Positions 60,049 through 64,000 of a stretch of 64,000 nucleotides of DNA are shown here, one piece after another. The notes under the pieces are model-generated. The model ran no database searches. It was not told the origin of the DNA and saw nothing but the letters and a program-made list of their open reading frames with translations. The position numbers and the translations under genes are program-made. The DNA lies in assembly GCA_038087875.1 (NCBI GenBank), contig JAXLNO010000438.1, positions 682,001-746,000 on the forward strand. Direction: 5' to 3'. Origin of the DNA: Malacoraja senta (Eukaryota). Each line of letters starts with the position of its first letter. The stretch's first letter is position 1.

Positions 60049-63000
60049 AAATTGTACATTAGACCCTTATTTAGATAGATCATCAAGGCAAAAAAAAGTA
60101 AATTCTCAATCAAGTGTATTTTTAAACTCATTTATTAATACCACTAATATTAAGGATGTCTGGAGAATTGAAAATCCAACTGGACGGGAATATTCATTTT
60201 ATTCACCTGTACATAAAACATATTCAAGAATTGACTATTTTTTAGTTGACTCAACGTTTATCCCATTTACTTATAATTCAAAATACCATAATATTATAAT
60301 CTCAGACCATGCACCTTTAACATTTATGATTAAATTAAATGGAATGGCCGAGAAACAAACATATTGGAGATTTAACCCACAAATATTGAATGAAACATCA
60401 TGCCAGGAATATCTTATTAAACAGATTCAAACATTTTTCGAGACTAATGACACCCCTGGAACATCTGGTTCTCTTATTTGGGAAACATTTAAAGCGTTTG
60501 TACGAGGAGCATTAATTGCCTCCCAAGTATTTTATAACAAAGAGAACCGGATTAAACAACAGACATTGCAAAGGAAATAAAGCAACCTAGATATAGAAAA
60601 TGCGACAATGCCATCTATGTTAAAACATAATAAAATCGCTGTATTGAAATATAAATAAAACAAAATGTATTCAGAACAAGTAATAAAACTTTATCAACAT
60701 ACCTAAACAATTACATTTCGAATTCGGAGACAAACCACAAAAACTATTAGCACGTCAGCTCCGAAAATTGGAGGGGGAAAAAATAATTCATAAAATTAGA
60801 TCATATACGGGAGAATTATTAAAACTGCCCAAGCATATAAACGAGAGATTTCTCCACATACTATCATAATCTTTATTCAACTAAAACTGTAGAACAACTG
60901 GAAGGAATAGCAGAATTTTTACAAAATGTAATTAAAAGGTTTAGACTCAAAAGATAGAGAATTATGAGAAGCTGAAATTACGATAAAAGATATTGAAGAG
61001 TCTATTAGATCTTTAAAAAATGGTAAAGCAGTAGGTCCAGATGGTTTAGGCTCTGAATTTTATTTAAAAATTTACGATTTGCTCTCTCCACGTTTACAAA
61101 TGCTGTATGAGTATTTTATACTCAACAGAAACTCCCAGATACCTTAAACGAATCTATAATAACACTCATCCCAAAGGCTCATAAGGATTCCTGAAGATCC
61201 AGGATCATATAGAGCAATTGCACTTTTAAATACAGATCAGAAAATACTAACTAAAATTCTAGTGCATAGATTAAGTACAGTGATGAATAAATTAATACAC
61301 CTGACCAAATAGGCTTTATTTCAGAAACGGTATTCATATTTTAATTTGAGAAGATTATTTAATATAATATACTCAAAGAGAATTACTAATGAAGATCTAG
61401 CAATAATCTCACTTGATGCCGAAAAAGCCTTTGATCAGGTTGAATGGCCCTATTTATTTTCGGTGATGAAAATTGCAACTGGGCGAGAAATTCTGCGCAT
61501 GGATAAAACTGTTATATACCAACCCAACGGCTAGAATATTAACAAACCAAAGGTTATCATCTAAATTTAACCTATTTAGAGGTTGCAGACAAGGATGCCC
61601 GTTGTCTCCACTATTATTTGTGCTTGCTATTGAGCCACTCGCAGAAAGAGTTAGGACCCACCCGGAAATATATGGGTATAATACAAAGGACACAGTGAAT
61701 AACATTTCTCTATACGCAGATGATGTATTAATTTACATTACAAAACCAGAAATTAGTATTCCAAATTTATTAAAGCTAATAACCCAATTTGGTTCACTCT
61801 CTGGATACAGAATAAATTGGAATAAAAGTGTAATTATGCCACTAAGGGAACATAATAAACATATACTACAACAATTCCCGTTTAAAATAGTAAATGAAAA
61901 ATTCAAATACCTAGGAATTTATGTCACTAAGATATACACATCATTATTTAAATCAAATTTTCCCCCATTACTGAATAAACTACATAAGAATATTCAGTAC
62001 TGGAAAACACTTCCTATCTCAATGGTTGGTAAAATGAATGCCATAAAAATGATTTTTTTACCGCAAATATTATACCTTTTTCAAACAATTCCGATATACT
62101 TGTCAAAAAACTTTTTCAAAAAGTTGGATTCCATTATCAGTGACTTTATCTGGGATTATAAGAATCCTAGGATAAGCAAAAAACATCTGTGCAAATCAAA
62201 AAATAAATGGAGGTTTATTTCTACCAAACTTTTTGTTTTATTTTTGGGCAGTTAACATTAAAAATATGATTTTTTGGTTGGAAAAAATAGATCAACAACC
62301 AGATTCGTTAAAAATGGAAAATGAAGATTGTTTATCTTTTGAAATCGGCTCGATACTATTTGTTACTTCTAAATTAAACAAAAAAAATTATAGGGAAAAT
62401 CCAATAATATATAGTGCTATGCGGATTTGGAAACAATTAAAAAAGACATTAAAATTAGATAATTTATCACTTTTTCTTGCAATTGTGAATAATCCTTTAT
62501 TTAAACCCTCATGGTTGGATAAAGGTTTCACACAATGGAAAAATTATGGAATTAAAATGATGGGACAACTTTACAAAGAAGGCACTTTTCTTTCATTTCA
62601 GGAGCTGCAACAGACTTAAGGACTTCAAGCAAATGATTTTTTCAGATATCTTCAACTTAGAGATTATGTAAAAGCAAGTACTCAAAACTTTAGAATTAGA
62701 AATTCAGAAATTCTTGATGACTGTTGGAATAAACACCCTAATACAGAAAAATGTATATCTTACATATATAATACTTTATTAGATAGCGAGATTCCATCGA
62801 CGGATTTACACAGACAAACATGGGAAAAAGAACTAAATCAAATAATAACGAAAGATACTTGGGAAGAAAGTTACAACACATACATCAATGTTCATTAAAT
62901 GCCAGACACTCTCTACTACAATTCAAAGTACTACATAGGTTACATTACTCTAAAACAAAATTAAATAAAATCTTCCCACATATTTCCCCTATATGTGATA

Positions 63001-63739
63001 AATGTCAACATTTAGATGCTAACTTAACTCATACGTTTGCGAATTGTATAAAAATTAAAAAATTCTGGGCAAATATTTTAAAAATAATATCTATAGTTAC
63101 CAGCATTCAATTGGATCCGGATCCAAAATTAATAATACTAGGAATATTAGAACCAAATCAAATATTTACAACAACTCAAAGAAACTTTATTGATTATAGT
63201 ATAATAACTGGGAAAAAATTAATTCTAAAATTTTGGAATGGTCCTATAAACCCCACAATCAAAATTTGGATTATGGAAATGACGGAGACCTTACACTTGG
63301 AAAGAATTAGACTTGTCCTGTTGGACAAACAAGAATTATTTGTTGGAACATGGTCTCCATTTATTGATTATCTAAAGGGTCAGAATGGTTCAGCACGGGA
63401 ACCTGACTAGCACTCGAGCCAAGGAATAGATGAAATGTTATACTCTGAAATGTACGAATATATCTCAAATGAAGTTTTTTTTTCCTAGTAAGTTATTCCA
63501 TTCTTCTTTATTATCTCTTTCTTTTTCTTTTCTTTTTTTCTCTTTTCTTTTCTCTCTTTTCTCTCTTTCTTTCATCTATCTTTTTTATTTCTACTTACTT
63601 AAAAAAAAAAAAAAAATCAAAAGAAAATCATTGGAGACAATGTGAATAATGTTTGACAATATTATTAATTTAGAAATGAAAGACTGGTAACGATTTTAAT
63701 ATGATATGTATTTACCTCCAATAAAAAGTATTATCATAA
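60049..63739 (+). mobile_element. L1/Tx1 LINE truncated within the endonuclease; same subfamily as 906-4009
   Basis: DVWR...YSRIDYFLV...ISDHAP (endonuclease), SLDAEKAFDQV, GCRQGCPLSPLLF, SLYADD, C-terminus DYLKGQNGSA. TSD TAAG[A/T]CGATTT at 60038-60048 and 63740-63750. Confidence 0.95.
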
Positions 63740-64000
63740 TAAGTCGATTTGACACCAAGGCCTATTTTGAAATGACATCTGAAATACATTTTGCTTCCCA
63801 CTATCCTCAAGAGATTTTGAGGGAAATCCAGGATCTCAAGAAGGCATAATTTTAGCAATATTTTATTATTATCGGAGACAGTGAGCGTTGACTAAGAGAA
63901 TGAATGGGATCATACCACATCTGCATAGGAATGTGACCAAATCTTAATGCGGAAATTGTGTCAAATTCTGCAAAATATACTCCTGAATTCCTTTTCATAT

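Overview
Eukaryotic, repeat-dominated, apparently gene-free window. The HE1-like V-SINEs and the CR1/L1/Penelope mix suggest a cartilaginous fish such as a skate or ray (inference). No host protein-coding exon could be supported. Main contents: (1) Two DIRS1-type tyrosine-recombinase retrotransposons with intact ITR/ICR termini; 4488-9219 lacks RT and carries an unexplained insert with a repeat array, and 42064-46799 is full-length but decayed. (2) A two-LTR endogenous-retrovirus-like provirus (17053-25604) with a tRNA-Pro PBS, 4-bp TSD, a gag-like ORF and no recognisable pol/env; it hosts nested L2, Harbinger-MITE and Penelope-derived inserts. (3) Four L1/Tx1 copies, three with TSDs, and a young CR1 with an open RT ORF. 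(4) A Tc1 IR/DR transposon, a CGGBP/hAT19-like transposase relic, and Gypsy, BEL-like, RTE and Rex1 fragments. (5) Penelope-derived elements carrying minimal hammerhead-ribozyme motifs. A ~500-bp local duplicate at 48148-48649 preserves the empty target site of the second DIRS element. There is a 200-N gap at 54519-54718. All boundaries and identities were read by eye.
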